From: Sediminibacterium sp.
GTDB lineage: Bacteria > Bacteroidota > Bacteroidia > Chitinophagales > Chitinophagaceae
Direction: 5' to 3'
Length of the DNA stretch: 64,000 nucleotides
NCBI RefSeq assembly: GCF_051860225.1
Contig: NZ_JBHYEI010000001.1
Location: forward strand, 1,174-65,173
Shown: positions 49,947 to 58,868 of the stretch, one piece after another
Position numbering within the stretch: position 1 is the first letter of the stretch
How the letters are laid out: each line of letters begins with the position of its first letter
Translations under genes and position numbers: made by a program
The notes under the pieces: model-generated
The model's input: the letters and a program-made list of their open reading frames with translations, nothing else
What the model was told of the DNA's origin: nothing
The model's database searches: none

Positions 49947-50597
49947 TTAATTCATAGTAGCTGTTGGCTTTATAGCTTTAGGTTTAAGGCTTTGTAGTAG
50001 GGCTGCGGTTTCTGGCTGAATGGGGAAATAATAAAAGCCGCCATCTTTTATAAAGTACATATAGGCGCAATTGCCATTGGCTTGCGTGGTCTCGCCTGGA
50101 TTTTTCGAAGCCCCTTGGGTATTAAAATAAACGGTCTTCAACTCTTGCGTGCCCTTGAAGAAAAATATTTTTCCTTCTGATCGGCATTTCATTACTTCTG
50201 TTCGCAATAAAAATAATTGATCGAGATTTTTTAAAATCGGTTGCACTACTTCTGCTGCGGATGTATTGTAGTGTTTGTAAAATCGTGTATATCTTAAAGA
50301 GTCTTTTCCGAAGGGATCGGTGAAGTATAAAATTTGTACGCTGTCTGCTTGATGCAGACCCGCGATGTCTAGTCCTGTGTTTGTTTTGATTGCACCTGCT
50401 GCGCCATCAGGTTCTGGTCCATCAACTGATTCTAGCTCAGTATCTGAGACCTCAATAGTCTTCGTTGTAGTTCTTGTTGTGGTGGTTTCGCAGGCTGTGA
50501 AGGAGAGCATAAGGGCGCCCCCCAGAATAAGTTTAAATAAAACATTCGAAAAAATATGCTTAAAGTATATTTTGCGCACGGTATATTTTTTTGACAA
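49947..50597 (-). CDS. Hypothetical lipoprotein
   Basis: Lipobox SFTAC followed by a Thr-rich linker; CRSEGKIFF motif. Start uncertain (TTG, overlaps palindromic copy 4). Confidence 0.7.
   Translation of the reverse strand: MSKKYTVRKIYFKHIFSNVLFKLILGGALMLSFTACETTTTRTTTKTIEVSDTELESVDGPEPDGAAGAIKTNTGLDIAGLHQADSVQILYFTDPFGKDSLRYTRFYKHYNTSAAEVVQPILKNLDQLFLLRTEVMKCRSEGKIFFFKGTQELKTVYFNTQGASKNPGETTQANGNCAYMYFIKDGGFYYFPIQPETAALLQSLKPKAIKPTATMN
50549..50592. repeat. 43-bp palindromic element copy 4 (degenerate left arm)
   Basis: AAAAAATATGCTT-aaagtatattttgcgca-CGGTATATTTTTT(T); the 17-nt spacer matches copy 2 at 12/17 positions. Confidence 0.8.
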
Positions 50598-50617
50598 ATT
50601 TAGTTATTAAATTCGGC

Positions 50618-50773
50618 CCGCCTACTTTACAATCGCAACGCGAGTGCCGCCTACTTTACAATCGCAACGCGAGTGCCGCCTAGATGCGAGGACCGGGCCG
50701 AGCACGGGCGCGAGCGCCGCCTAGATGCGCGGGCCGTAACAATTGCTCCGCCTAAATGCGTGGCGCGCCCTGC
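50618..50773. repeat. GC-rich array of five CCGCCTA-anchored units
   Basis: Units start at 50618, 50647, 50676, 50717 and 50748. The first two are identical 29-mers. Confidence 0.85.
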
Positions 50774-50803
50774 AAAAAAGAACCCCCATGAAAATGGGGG
50801 TTC
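50774..50803 (-). terminator. Intrinsic terminator of the TBDR-lipoprotein operon
   Basis: GAACCCCCAT-tttc-ATGGGGGTTC followed by T6 on the minus strand. Confidence 0.85.
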
Positions 50804-50910
50804 GGTTCTTAACTGTTATATGAACACTGCGACGTTATGCATTCGCAGTGTGAGAGAAATTTAAGCGACAGCTACAATCGCTCAGCAAATCCTAGTATGA
50901 ATTAGTTTTA

Positions 50911-52278
50911 CTAGTATGTGTTGGTTTGTGGTGTATAGCTTGCCCATCCTGATGTCCAGTTGGTGGTACCAAATGCCCCACGGAATGTTCCTGGTGTAAA
51001 GAATGCATCCATACCTGTAAAGCTTGCGCCTGTTAATGCTGGTGAACCTGCCATTGGTAAGAAGTTAGGTGCGGTTACATTAAACGGTGCGGTCAACATA
51101 ATATCTGCTGCATTGGTATAAGTTATGCTTCCATTTGCTTCAACCTTTGTTCTTACTGCAGCGGCTGTAATCACCCCACCTGCTGATGCATCTACTTTGT
51201 ACGCATCTGCTAATGCATGTACTAAGTTGTTTCTGAAAACTGATGTGTCATTGTTAAATGCAGTTGCTGTTAATGCAGACTCCATTGAGAACCCTCCTTT
51301 AGGGAAGCCCATCAAGATTGAGTTGCGTACATCAAATCTTACCCCTCTTCTCCATCTGTGTGCAAAGTTTTCCAATGCCTGTGTGTTTGGCGCTCCGTTA
51401 GAGCCTATCCAAGTGAAGTTGCTCAACTCTGGGCGGGTGAATGGTCTTGCTGATGTTCCCGCTCCATCATTGTCTGCTTCTACTCCATTGCCTGCATCAG
51501 AATCTCCAATTTCTGGATTACGCTGTGCTACTGCATACTGGATTTTTCCTGTGTAACCAAAATCGAAATCGTAATCATCATCTGATGTTGCATAAGACAA
51601 TAAATACTTTAAGTTAACGGTACCACCAAAAAACTCATACGCATCGTCATTTCCGTAAGAAACCTGAATGTATTCAAGTGTAGTGCCTGAACCAACACCC
51701 CCCAGTGTTAATCCATTAATTTCACTTCCAGGTTCTGCCGCAATTCCTGCGAACTCAATACGCACATAACGCATGGTTCCTGAGTTGTCATTTGCAGTAG
51801 TACCGCCATATCTTCTATCTACCCCACCTTCTACCAATGGTGCTGGTGATAACGGTCTGTTGGTTGGTGCATTTCCTAAAAGGATGATTCCGCCCCAATC
51901 TCCGCGTAAGCGTGATCCGGCTGCTCTTCCTGAAGTAAATACAATTGGATTAGAAGCTGTTCCATTCGCTTCTATCTTTGCTCCGCGCTCAATAATTAAA
52001 GCACCTTTTTGAGAGATATCACTCTTCAAAATGGTTCCTGCTGGAATGGTTAATGTTGCGCCTTGTTGAAAGTATACATATCCTTGAATGGTATATGTAC
52101 CACCGGTTAATGTGATGCTTCTTTCATAAGAACCTTTTAAGATTCTGGTAGTGTTGGGATCATCTGCATTAGCACCTGTACCTCCACCTGCGATAGGATC
52201 TTCAAAGTTTACTTTTACGCATGAAGTTGCTGTTAATGCAAGCATTCCTGCGAATAATAGTTGAGTAAGCTTATTCAT
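50911..52278 (-). CDS. Surface lipoprotein with predicted beta-helix repeats, partner of the TonB receptor
   Basis: Lipobox ATSC; GDWGGIILLG, SGTMRYVRIEFAG, EINGLTLGGVGSGT, DDAYEFFGG, DDDYDFD. Confidence 0.8.
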   Translation of the reverse strand: MNKLTQLLFAGMLALTATSCVKVNFEDPIAGGGTGANADDPNTTRILKGSYERSITLTGGTYTIQGYVYFQQGATLTIPAGTILKSDISQKGALIIERGAKIEANGTASNPIVFTSGRAAGSRLRGDWGGIILLGNAPTNRPLSPAPLVEGGVDRRYGGTTANDNSGTMRYVRIEFAGIAAEPGSEINGLTLGGVGSGTTLEYIQVSYGNDDAYEFFGGTVNLKYLLSYATSDDDYDFDFGYTGKIQYAVAQRNPEIGDSDAGNGVEADNDGAGTSARPFTRPELSNFTWIGSNGAPNTQALENFAHRWRRGVRFDVRNSILMGFPKGGFSMESALTATAFNNDTSVFRNNLVHALADAYKVDASAGGVITAAAVRTKVEANGSITYTNAADIMLTAPFNVTAPNFLPMAGSPALTGASFTGMDAFFTPGTFRGAFGTTNWTSGWASYTPQTNTY

Positions 52279-52316
52279 TGTCTTAGTTTTAAGCGTGTTT
52301 GTTTAAATCGAAACTT

Positions 52317-55118
52317 TTATTTTTTAAAGTTGATATCGTAACTAAATGATACGGTAACAGTAGTGCCTGGTCTGTATGCATAGTTGATGCGATCGCCTGC
52401 TGCAAAATTGTATCCTGGCTTTGTATCTGCATTATCGTAGAATGCAAATTGGTTATTGAAAATATCTGATACGGTTAATTTGAACTCACCTGCATTATTC
52501 AACACTTTCTTTGATACTTGTAAGTCTAATAAATTTCTGCTCTTCTCGTAGATATCGTAGAAGCCCGCTCCTTCTGGATCTCCTACTAAAGATAATCTTG
52601 GTCCTTGTCTATTGTATAAGATAGATGCGTTGAATCCTTTCTCTGTATTCGTATATTGGAATCCTGCGTTGATTAAGTAAGGGGATTGTCCAAACAAAGG
52701 TCTGTTCTGGGTAGTTTCTTTTCCACTTGCTTGAGTAGTATTCAACTTAACTGTTGATTTCAATACAGTAGCGTTACCAATGAAAGTGAAGTCTTTTAAT
52801 TTATCGCTGATGAAATCCATTCCCTTTCTGATCTCCACTTCTGCTCCTACTAATGTTGCTGATGCTGCATTGGTGTAGCTGAATAACCAACGGTCACCAT
52901 TACTACCGCCGTCCATTCTCAATTCAATTGGATCAGTGAAACGTTTAGTGAACACACCAAACGAAATCATTTCACCAGACTTAGGATAGTATTCGTAACG
53001 AACGTCTACGTTTAAAATTTTTGTTCTTCTTAAAGAAGTATCTCCACCAATACCCCAGATGCTTTCGTAATCAAAGAACTGGAAAGGTGCAATTTCACGG
53101 AACTCAGGACGAGCTACTGTTTGTGATACTGCAAAACGAATCTGGTGTTGGTTATTAAATGAGTTAGTGATATTTAATGATGGTAAGAAATCCCACTTCT
53201 CTGTGTTTACTCTTACTCTGTTTAATGCTAGGTCGCGGCTGCTCAAGAATTGCTCAAAAAACTCTGCTCTTGCTCCCCAGATTACTCTTAAGCTATTCGA
53301 TAATTTATTATCAAACATTAAGTATCCACTATTGAGTGCAGAAATTCCGAAATAACGATCGGTGTTTTGTGTTTGCTCTTCAATCAACAATCCATTGCTG
53401 TTCATATTGCTGCTCAAGAACATTTGATCATAGGGCTTGTTCACGTCAACACCGTTGGTTACTGGTCTGTAGCGGAATACTCTTGCATTGAAATCTCGGA
53501 AACGTAATAAAGTAGATCCGCCAATTTTCATGGTTTGCTTTTGGCTGCCCATATTAAATGGAACAATCAATGTGCTATTCAATCCTGTTGAATAATCTTT
53601 TAAATCAGAGAAGAATCTTCTTGAATCATCTTCATCCAGTGTGAACGGTGATGATGGTGCTGATGAACTTTTTACAAATTGTGCCGTTCTAAAATCGGGC
53701 TGTGTTTTACTATTGAAAGAGCCATTCGCATTCCAGATAAATTTGATGCCACGGCTCTTGCTTAATAAGTGTTCTCCTTCTAATTGGCTGCTCAACAATA
53801 AACGTTGATTCGCAAAATTAGATCTTAACGAAATAGTTTGTAAACGACCTACGTTGTCTAAGGTTCTGTTTAAATAATTCTCTTCATACACTTGGTTCAC
53901 TAAATTTCTGAAAGAGATTTTAGTTGCGCCTTTTACATAAGTAAAGTTGGCCATTAAACCTAAGTTGGTAGAATACCTGTTTTGTACTTCAGACCCTGTG
54001 AATATAGAAGTTCTCGCTTTTTCAAAACGACCTCTCTCAACATCATCATAAATGATAGATGCATTTCTGTAATAAACAGATATGATAGATCCTAACTTTC
54101 CTTCGTTCTTAAATGTCTTTGTATTAGACCATGCCATATTTACTGTGGTGATTGGAGCCGCCGTGGTTACGCGCTCTCTAAACGCATTGCCATTAAAGTC
54201 TTTGCTGATCGCAATTTTGTCTGCATCTGGTAAGCTTCTGTAAGTAACCGTATTAGGCATGCTCGCTGGTAAGTTGCGATCCCCTCCGTCAAAACCTAAC
54301 CATGCAGTGCTGCTGCGTTCGTTGCTAGTAAAGCTTTTGAACGTACTCTGAGAGTTATATCCCAAAGAAACCGTAACATTCAATTGATTTTTTGTAGGGA
54401 TATCACGCGTGTTCACCTGTACCAATCCACCTGCAAACTCACCTGGCAAATCAGGTGTTGCTGTTTTATTGATAACGATATTATCAATCATTGCAGCTGG
54501 GATAATATCAAAGCTAAATGCTTTTTTATCTGGCTCTGAACTTGGCATTAATGCATTGTTCAATAATGCTTGGTTGTAACGATCGCTTAATCCACGAACC
54601 ACTACAAATTTATTATCTTGAATAGAAGCACCACTCACACGCTTTAATACGTCTGATGTATTTCTATCGGGTGTTCTTCTGATGAAGTCTGCTGCTAATC
54701 CACTTGACATGGCTGTGTTGGTTTTTTGAAACACAATCATGGCATTTGAACTCTCTTTACGTGCAGATGAACGTACAACTACTTCTGTAGTGGTTGTTTT
54801 AACTTCTAAAACTACATTAAGGTCATTGCCTTCAATACCTGCTTTTACTTCTATATCTTCTAACACTTTGGTTTGATATCCTACGCGTGAAAAAGTAAGT
54901 GTGTACTTACCTGCTTTTACTGGAATACTAAAGCGTCCTTCTAAGTCTGCTGCTACGGTGCTATTGGTAGGACCCGATACCTTAATAGATGTTCCTGATA
55001 AATTTTCGTTATTAGCTGAGATTACTTTACCATTGATCTTGGCTTGCGCAAATACAGCGGTAGCCACTATAGTGAACAAAAAAGTAAAAAATAATCTGAT
55101 AGCTGGGGGTTGTTGCAT
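52317..55118 (-). CDS. TonB-dependent receptor
   Basis: N-terminal CarboxypepD-like domain, plug RTPDRNTSDVLKRVSG/VVRGLSDRYN, ARPEFRE, C-terminal barrel. Start more likely ATG 55118 than 55136 given the -7 position. Confidence 0.92.
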   Translation of the reverse strand: MQQPPAIRLFFTFLFTIVATAVFAQAKINGKVISANNENLSGTSIKVSGPTNSTVAADLEGRFSIPVKAGKYTLTFSRVGYQTKVLEDIEVKAGIEGNDLNVVLEVKTTTTEVVVRSSARKESSNAMIVFQKTNTAMSSGLAADFIRRTPDRNTSDVLKRVSGASIQDNKFVVVRGLSDRYNQALLNNALMPSSEPDKKAFSFDIIPAAMIDNIVINKTATPDLPGEFAGGLVQVNTRDIPTKNQLNVTVSLGYNSQSTFKSFTSNERSSTAWLGFDGGDRNLPASMPNTVTYRSLPDADKIAISKDFNGNAFRERVTTAAPITTVNMAWSNTKTFKNEGKLGSIISVYYRNASIIYDDVERGRFEKARTSIFTGSEVQNRYSTNLGLMANFTYVKGATKISFRNLVNQVYEENYLNRTLDNVGRLQTISLRSNFANQRLLLSSQLEGEHLLSKSRGIKFIWNANGSFNSKTQPDFRTAQFVKSSSAPSSPFTLDEDDSRRFFSDLKDYSTGLNSTLIVPFNMGSQKQTMKIGGSTLLRFRDFNARVFRYRPVTNGVDVNKPYDQMFLSSNMNSNGLLIEEQTQNTDRYFGISALNSGYLMFDNKLSNSLRVIWGARAEFFEQFLSSRDLALNRVRVNTEKWDFLPSLNITNSFNNQHQIRFAVSQTVARPEFREIAPFQFFDYESIWGIGGDTSLRRTKILNVDVRYEYYPKSGEMISFGVFTKRFTDPIELRMDGGSNGDRWLFSYTNAASATLVGAEVEIRKGMDFISDKLKDFTFIGNATVLKSTVKLNTTQASGKETTQNRPLFGQSPYLINAGFQYTNTEKGFNASILYNRQGPRLSLVGDPEGAGFYDIYEKSRNLLDLQVSKKVLNNAGEFKLTVSDIFNNQFAFYDNADTKPGYNFAAGDRINYAYRPGTTVTVSFSYDINFKK

Positions 55119-55140
55119 CACTTGAATATTTTTCATGGTG

Positions 55141-55217
55141 CAAAACTACCAGCACAGTGTTACCTCAATGTTAAGGCACTGTTACGCAATTGTTATGGGA
55201 ATGTTACCAAATTGTTA
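55141..55217 (-). promoter_or_regulatory. -7 element TAGTTTTG plus six TGTTA/TAACA direct repeats at exact 11-bp period (Pho-box-like)
   Basis: TGTTA at 55158, 55169, 55180, 55191, 55202 and 55213; -7 element at 55141-55148. Confidence 0.8.
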
Positions 55218-55222
55218 TCTCC

Positions 55223-56719
55223 TTATTTTTTGCGGCGGATGATTAGGTAAGGCACGGTTTTCATATTATATAGGCCGCGGGTCCTAAAATCGGGGTTAGC
55301 GTGGTCTCCTATGATGAGGATGCGGTCGAAATCTTTGGATTCTGCGACCCGCTTAAACGTATGCTTAATAATCGATGCTATCCGATAAAACTGATCGTAG
55401 GCTTGCTGGTTTTCTTTAAAGCTCTTGAATAACTCGCGTTTGATTTTATAATAATGCTTACCGTCTATATTATTCTTTACATCGAATCTAAAAGGTGTAT
55501 GCGTATTAATCGTAAGCGCATAAGCAAATACTTTTTCATAGCGTTTGCTTTCGTTGAGGATACTATCAATTAAGTTTTCATCGAATACGGCTTGATAGGT
55601 ATTTTCTTTATTGTCTTTGTAATGTTTGCTCAGTTCTTCGTAATAAAAACGACTTTTAAATCCGAGTGCTCTTCTAAATCCTTCTGCATTACTCATATTA
55701 CTGCCGTATTGTTTAGAAGCAGTGAAGCCTGCGATAGTATGATAACCGTTTTTATTTTTAAATTCAGTGATATTATGGGGCGGCTTTACATTTCGCTCCA
55801 GGAAGGCCCTGTATGATTCTTCGTCGTTCATATTGAGTAACTCACGTCCTTCTGCTGAACTGGTATTTCCGTGAAAACAAGTGCGCCCGAATTCTAAACT
55901 GTAATTATTAGTGAGATTGGAACCTTGTTGCTTAAATAAGGTCTTTATATGATTGATGAGTTTCTCTTGCTCCTTTGGTTCTGCTAGTTCTCCCCAACTT
56001 TCCATTAAGAGTAGAAAGTCTTTATTTGCATTGGTGTCTTGTAAATACTGAATAGTGGGTGCTAAGGTTGTAGCAATTTCGTCCTCCGTAGTGTTGCATT
56101 GATATGGCGTGATGGATGTTTTGCCCTTGCTGTACTTGTAATAATCCGAATGAATCACATTGATTTTATTTTTTCCGATATAGCTTATATAGAGTTTTCT
56201 CCAAGTAAAAAAGGATGCACTTTCATTATTTGTAGCAGCATTGGGTATTGCACGAGAAGAAAGAATTGTTATGACGGGAGCTACCAACTCTGCAATCAAT
56301 AGCATAATTGCAAACACCGGCACCACATAAATTTGACGGCGCATGCTCTTGATTAATTTTACCTGAACCCATACGATGCCCGATATAGCTGCGGCTGCAA
56401 TCAACAAGTAAACAAATGCGATGATGAAATTGCCGGGGCTCAAGAATATATAATTCATGCGCGCATAAAAGTTGAACATATTAAAGAAGAACAACTGCGG
56501 CACGAGTACGATGGCATATATAGCTAGTGAGATAAATTGTAAAATGTAAAACCATTTATAATGGCTGGTGAATAATAGTAATAAACAATTAATAACGAAA
56601 ATAAAACTGAGATTAATCGTGATTTCAGGATGACCTAAAATTAATTGCGGCGCTTGTTCAATCATTAATTGAATGGTAACGAGCAATATTAATTTGAGTA
56701 TAGCAGAGAAGTGTTGCAT
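55223..56719 (-). CDS. Membrane-anchored sulfatase-like/alkaline-phosphatase-superfamily hydrolase or transferase
   Basis: N-terminal TM helices; LLLMESWG, NTHTPF and IIGDH metal-ligand motifs. Confidence 0.65.
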   Translation of the reverse strand: MQHFSAILKLILLVTIQLMIEQAPQLILGHPEITINLSFIFVINCLLLLFTSHYKWFYILQFISLAIYAIVLVPQLFFFNMFNFYARMNYIFLSPGNFIIAFVYLLIAAAAISGIVWVQVKLIKSMRRQIYVVPVFAIMLLIAELVAPVITILSSRAIPNAATNNESASFFTWRKLYISYIGKNKINVIHSDYYKYSKGKTSITPYQCNTTEDEIATTLAPTIQYLQDTNANKDFLLLMESWGELAEPKEQEKLINHIKTLFKQQGSNLTNNYSLEFGRTCFHGNTSSAEGRELLNMNDEESYRAFLERNVKPPHNITEFKNKNGYHTIAGFTASKQYGSNMSNAEGFRRALGFKSRFYYEELSKHYKDNKENTYQAVFDENLIDSILNESKRYEKVFAYALTINTHTPFRFDVKNNIDGKHYYKIKRELFKSFKENQQAYDQFYRIASIIKHTFKRVAESKDFDRILIIGDHANPDFRTRGLYNMKTVPYLIIRRKK

Positions 56720-56720
56720 A

Positions 56721-57983
56721 TTAATTATTTATAAATGCCGACTCCATTCTTTGTTGTTCGGCTTTTGGTATTTTATAATAAGTAGCAACTTTACGCCAAT
56801 CTTTTACAACTGTTGTAATTTTTTTAATAATTCTATTGGCTTTATCACTAGACAATTTAAAATAGGGAGCTACTTCAAGTGCCAAGCTCAAATCTAATGC
56901 ATTGTTATGTTCAGTGATATTAATGCTTAAGCCCGAACCAAATTCATTTGGGTTCAAATCATATGCAGGGGAAAGTTTCCAACCAGCATTTGTAAGCAAA
57001 AAACCATGGTTCCTTAAATGATCATCTGTATTGCTTACACAAATATTAAAGACAATTCGCTTCCATAATTCTTCTAAATCATTTTCTACCGCTGCCCCAT
57101 TTCTGAAAATAAATTCCATCAATTCTAAATAACTTGCTCCTGCTGCCTGCTCGCCATCGGTGTAACAAAGCATCGTCATTGCTGAAGCAAAATGAATTCT
57201 TTTATTATTCTTTGTTCTATCAAACCGCTTAGAACAATAAGTATGGTATTTATTATTAAACTTTACTAATAGGCCTTCTGCAACATCAATACCAGCTGAT
57301 TTAGCCATTTGATTAACTACCATTTCCCAAGCAGCAATATCTTTATTGTCGTACTTACTCGGAAATTTAGCTATCCACAATTTCTTCTTTAAATCTAACA
57401 CACTTGCTTTGGGCCTTGCACCACCTAATGAGGAACCTGGTGCAATTAATAAATTAATCCATTTTCTATTTGCTTTATTATCAGCATCGTCATTTTCCAA
57501 ATGCAAACAGGCTTGTTCTAACTCACGTAAAGAAGTCCAAGGAGGTGTTGCGATTCCAACTTGGTCATTTAAGAAAGGACCCGATTCATATAGCTTAAAT
57601 CGTAATCCTCCCATTCGATTTTCATCAAATACCCCAAGCAAATAATCAGATTCAAATAAAGTTTTTATAGACCTAGATTCCTGCTTTGCTATCATAGCTT
57701 CTCTTCTTTGAATTAAAGTTCTACCCCATCGATCCGGACAAGAATCTAAAAAGACACCAAAATTCTGTTTGTTATTTTTTGGGAAAAAAGTTCCTGGGAA
57801 TAATTGTAAATCTGGATCGATTATTTGCGAAAAGCCCAATTGAAGCCAAGTATCAGTATATTCAAAAGAAAAACTCTCTTTCCCCCTTACAGTAGAAACA
57901 GCAAGATTACCCATAAGGGTGGGCATTCCTATTTGCTCCCAGTCCGCATATACCAGAATATTTTTTTTATCATTCGTAGCCAT
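56721..57983 (-). CDS. hipA: HipA-family Ser/Thr kinase toxin
   Basis: DSCPDRWGR, SSLGGARPKA, WIAKFPS, RFDR, SNTDDHLRNHGFL, LSPAYDLNP. Confidence 0.92.
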   Translation of the reverse strand: MATNDKKNILVYADWEQIGMPTLMGNLAVSTVRGKESFSFEYTDTWLQLGFSQIIDPDLQLFPGTFFPKNNKQNFGVFLDSCPDRWGRTLIQRREAMIAKQESRSIKTLFESDYLLGVFDENRMGGLRFKLYESGPFLNDQVGIATPPWTSLRELEQACLHLENDDADNKANRKWINLLIAPGSSLGGARPKASVLDLKKKLWIAKFPSKYDNKDIAAWEMVVNQMAKSAGIDVAEGLLVKFNNKYHTYCSKRFDRTKNNKRIHFASAMTMLCYTDGEQAAGASYLELMEFIFRNGAAVENDLEELWKRIVFNICVSNTDDHLRNHGFLLTNAGWKLSPAYDLNPNEFGSGLSINITEHNNALDLSLALEVAPYFKLSSDKANRIIKKITTVVKDWRKVATYYKIPKAEQQRMESAFINN

Positions 57984-57989
57984 ATAATA

Positions 57990-58301
57990 TTACTTTTTGG
58001 GCGCACGCTCTTTCACTATTAACCCCAAGTCTTGTAGCTTTCTTCCTAATAAATCATCATCTGCAATTTTTAGTAAATCCTTTTCTAAGTGTAGCACAAA
58101 TAAAACTTGAGCATAAGCACCTATAGAAACAGTTGGCAACCCTTTCTCTATTGATAATAGAGTAGGCCTACTAATACTTGCTCTTTCAGCAACTTGTTCA
58201 GTACTTAACTTCCTTCGCAACCTCGCTAATTTAATATTCTCCCCAAGTACGCCTAATATTTTAGTTACTGAAGGTACAACCAATTGTGTAGATTTTTTCA
58301 T
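57990..58301 (-). CDS. XRE-family HTH regulator (HipB-like)
   Basis: LGENIKLARLRRKLSTEQVAERASISRPTL..IEKG. Confidence 0.87.
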   Translation of the reverse strand: MKKSTQLVVPSVTKILGVLGENIKLARLRRKLSTEQVAERASISRPTLLSIEKGLPTVSIGAYAQVLFVLHLEKDLLKIADDDLLGRKLQDLGLIVKERAPKK

Positions 58302-58356
58302 AATGTAAATTATATTTTACAAATATATCATTTTTGTAAAATATAATTTACATTAT
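58300..58356. promoter_or_regulatory. Perfect 24-bp inverted repeat (9-nt spacer) overlapping the XRE start codon; probable operator
   Basis: ATAATGTAAATTATATTTTACAAA-tatatcatt-TTTGTAAAATATAATTTACATTAT. Confidence 0.8.
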
Positions 58357-58364
58357 AATTATCA

Positions 58365-58718
58365 TTACCAATCCGATGGCGGCTTTTTTGATTTCAATTG
58401 GTTTTTCACACTTGCTCGCTTCCTTTTTTCTAAATCTTGCTTTGCCAATAATAAAGGACTGAATATTTGCTTTGCTTGAAAAGAATCGAAGAGATGAAGT
58501 TGTTCTAGAGCCCGTAAAACTTGAATAAAACTAAGCATAGTAGCCCCACTACCATTTTCAATTTGAACAATAGTAGACCGATTAACACCAGCTATTTCCG
58601 CTATTTGCTGTTGCGTTTTATTTTGTTGCAATCTGGTTGTTTTGATAAACCCGCCAAGTTTAACTAAGATTTGTCTATCACTTAATTCATGTATCAATAT
58701 GTTGGAACTTTCCGTCAT
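58365..58718 (-). CDS. Second XRE-family HTH regulator
   Basis: RLQQNKTQQQIAEIAGVNRSTIVQIENG, KRKRAS. Start set at ATG 58718. Confidence 0.85.
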   Translation of the reverse strand: MTESSNILIHELSDRQILVKLGGFIKTTRLQQNKTQQQIAEIAGVNRSTIVQIENGSGATMLSFIQVLRALEQLHLFDSFQAKQIFSPLLLAKQDLEKRKRASVKNQLKSKKPPSDW

Positions 58719-58776
58719 AATATGCAAATATGCTCATTTGTGATGGATATAACCAACATTTTAGTCATTAATTTTC

Positions 58777-58866
58777 ATGTCGAAAATTTTGCATTTTTTC
58801 GACATCAATTATTTTTCATGTCGAAATTTTGGCGTTTTTTCGACATCAATCTTTTTTAATGTCGAA
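58777..58866. repeat. 2.5 tandem 41-bp units, each carrying ATGTCGAA-N13-TTCGACAT
   Basis: ATGTCGAA at 58777, 58818 and 58859; TTCGACAT at 58798 and 58839. Confidence 0.9.
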
Positions 58867-58868
58867 CC

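Noticed and set aside
45743-50592. Classical integron attC sites or XerCD dif sites
   Set aside because: There are no RYYYAAC/GTTRRRY cores, no 11-6-11 layout and no integrase in the window. Kept as an unexplained element instead.
50618-50773. Possible CRISPR, or the 63-aa ORF 50673..50864
   Set aside because: The anchor is only 7 bp, unit lengths are irregular, and the ORF runs through a terminator.
50824-50851. 9-bp-stem hairpin after the lipoprotein stop
   Set aside because: No U-tract and an adjacent true terminator exists; probably an ordinary 3' UTR stabiliser.
58777-58866. Possible mini-CRISPR
   Set aside because: Whole 41-bp units repeat with no unique spacers, and there are no cas genes.
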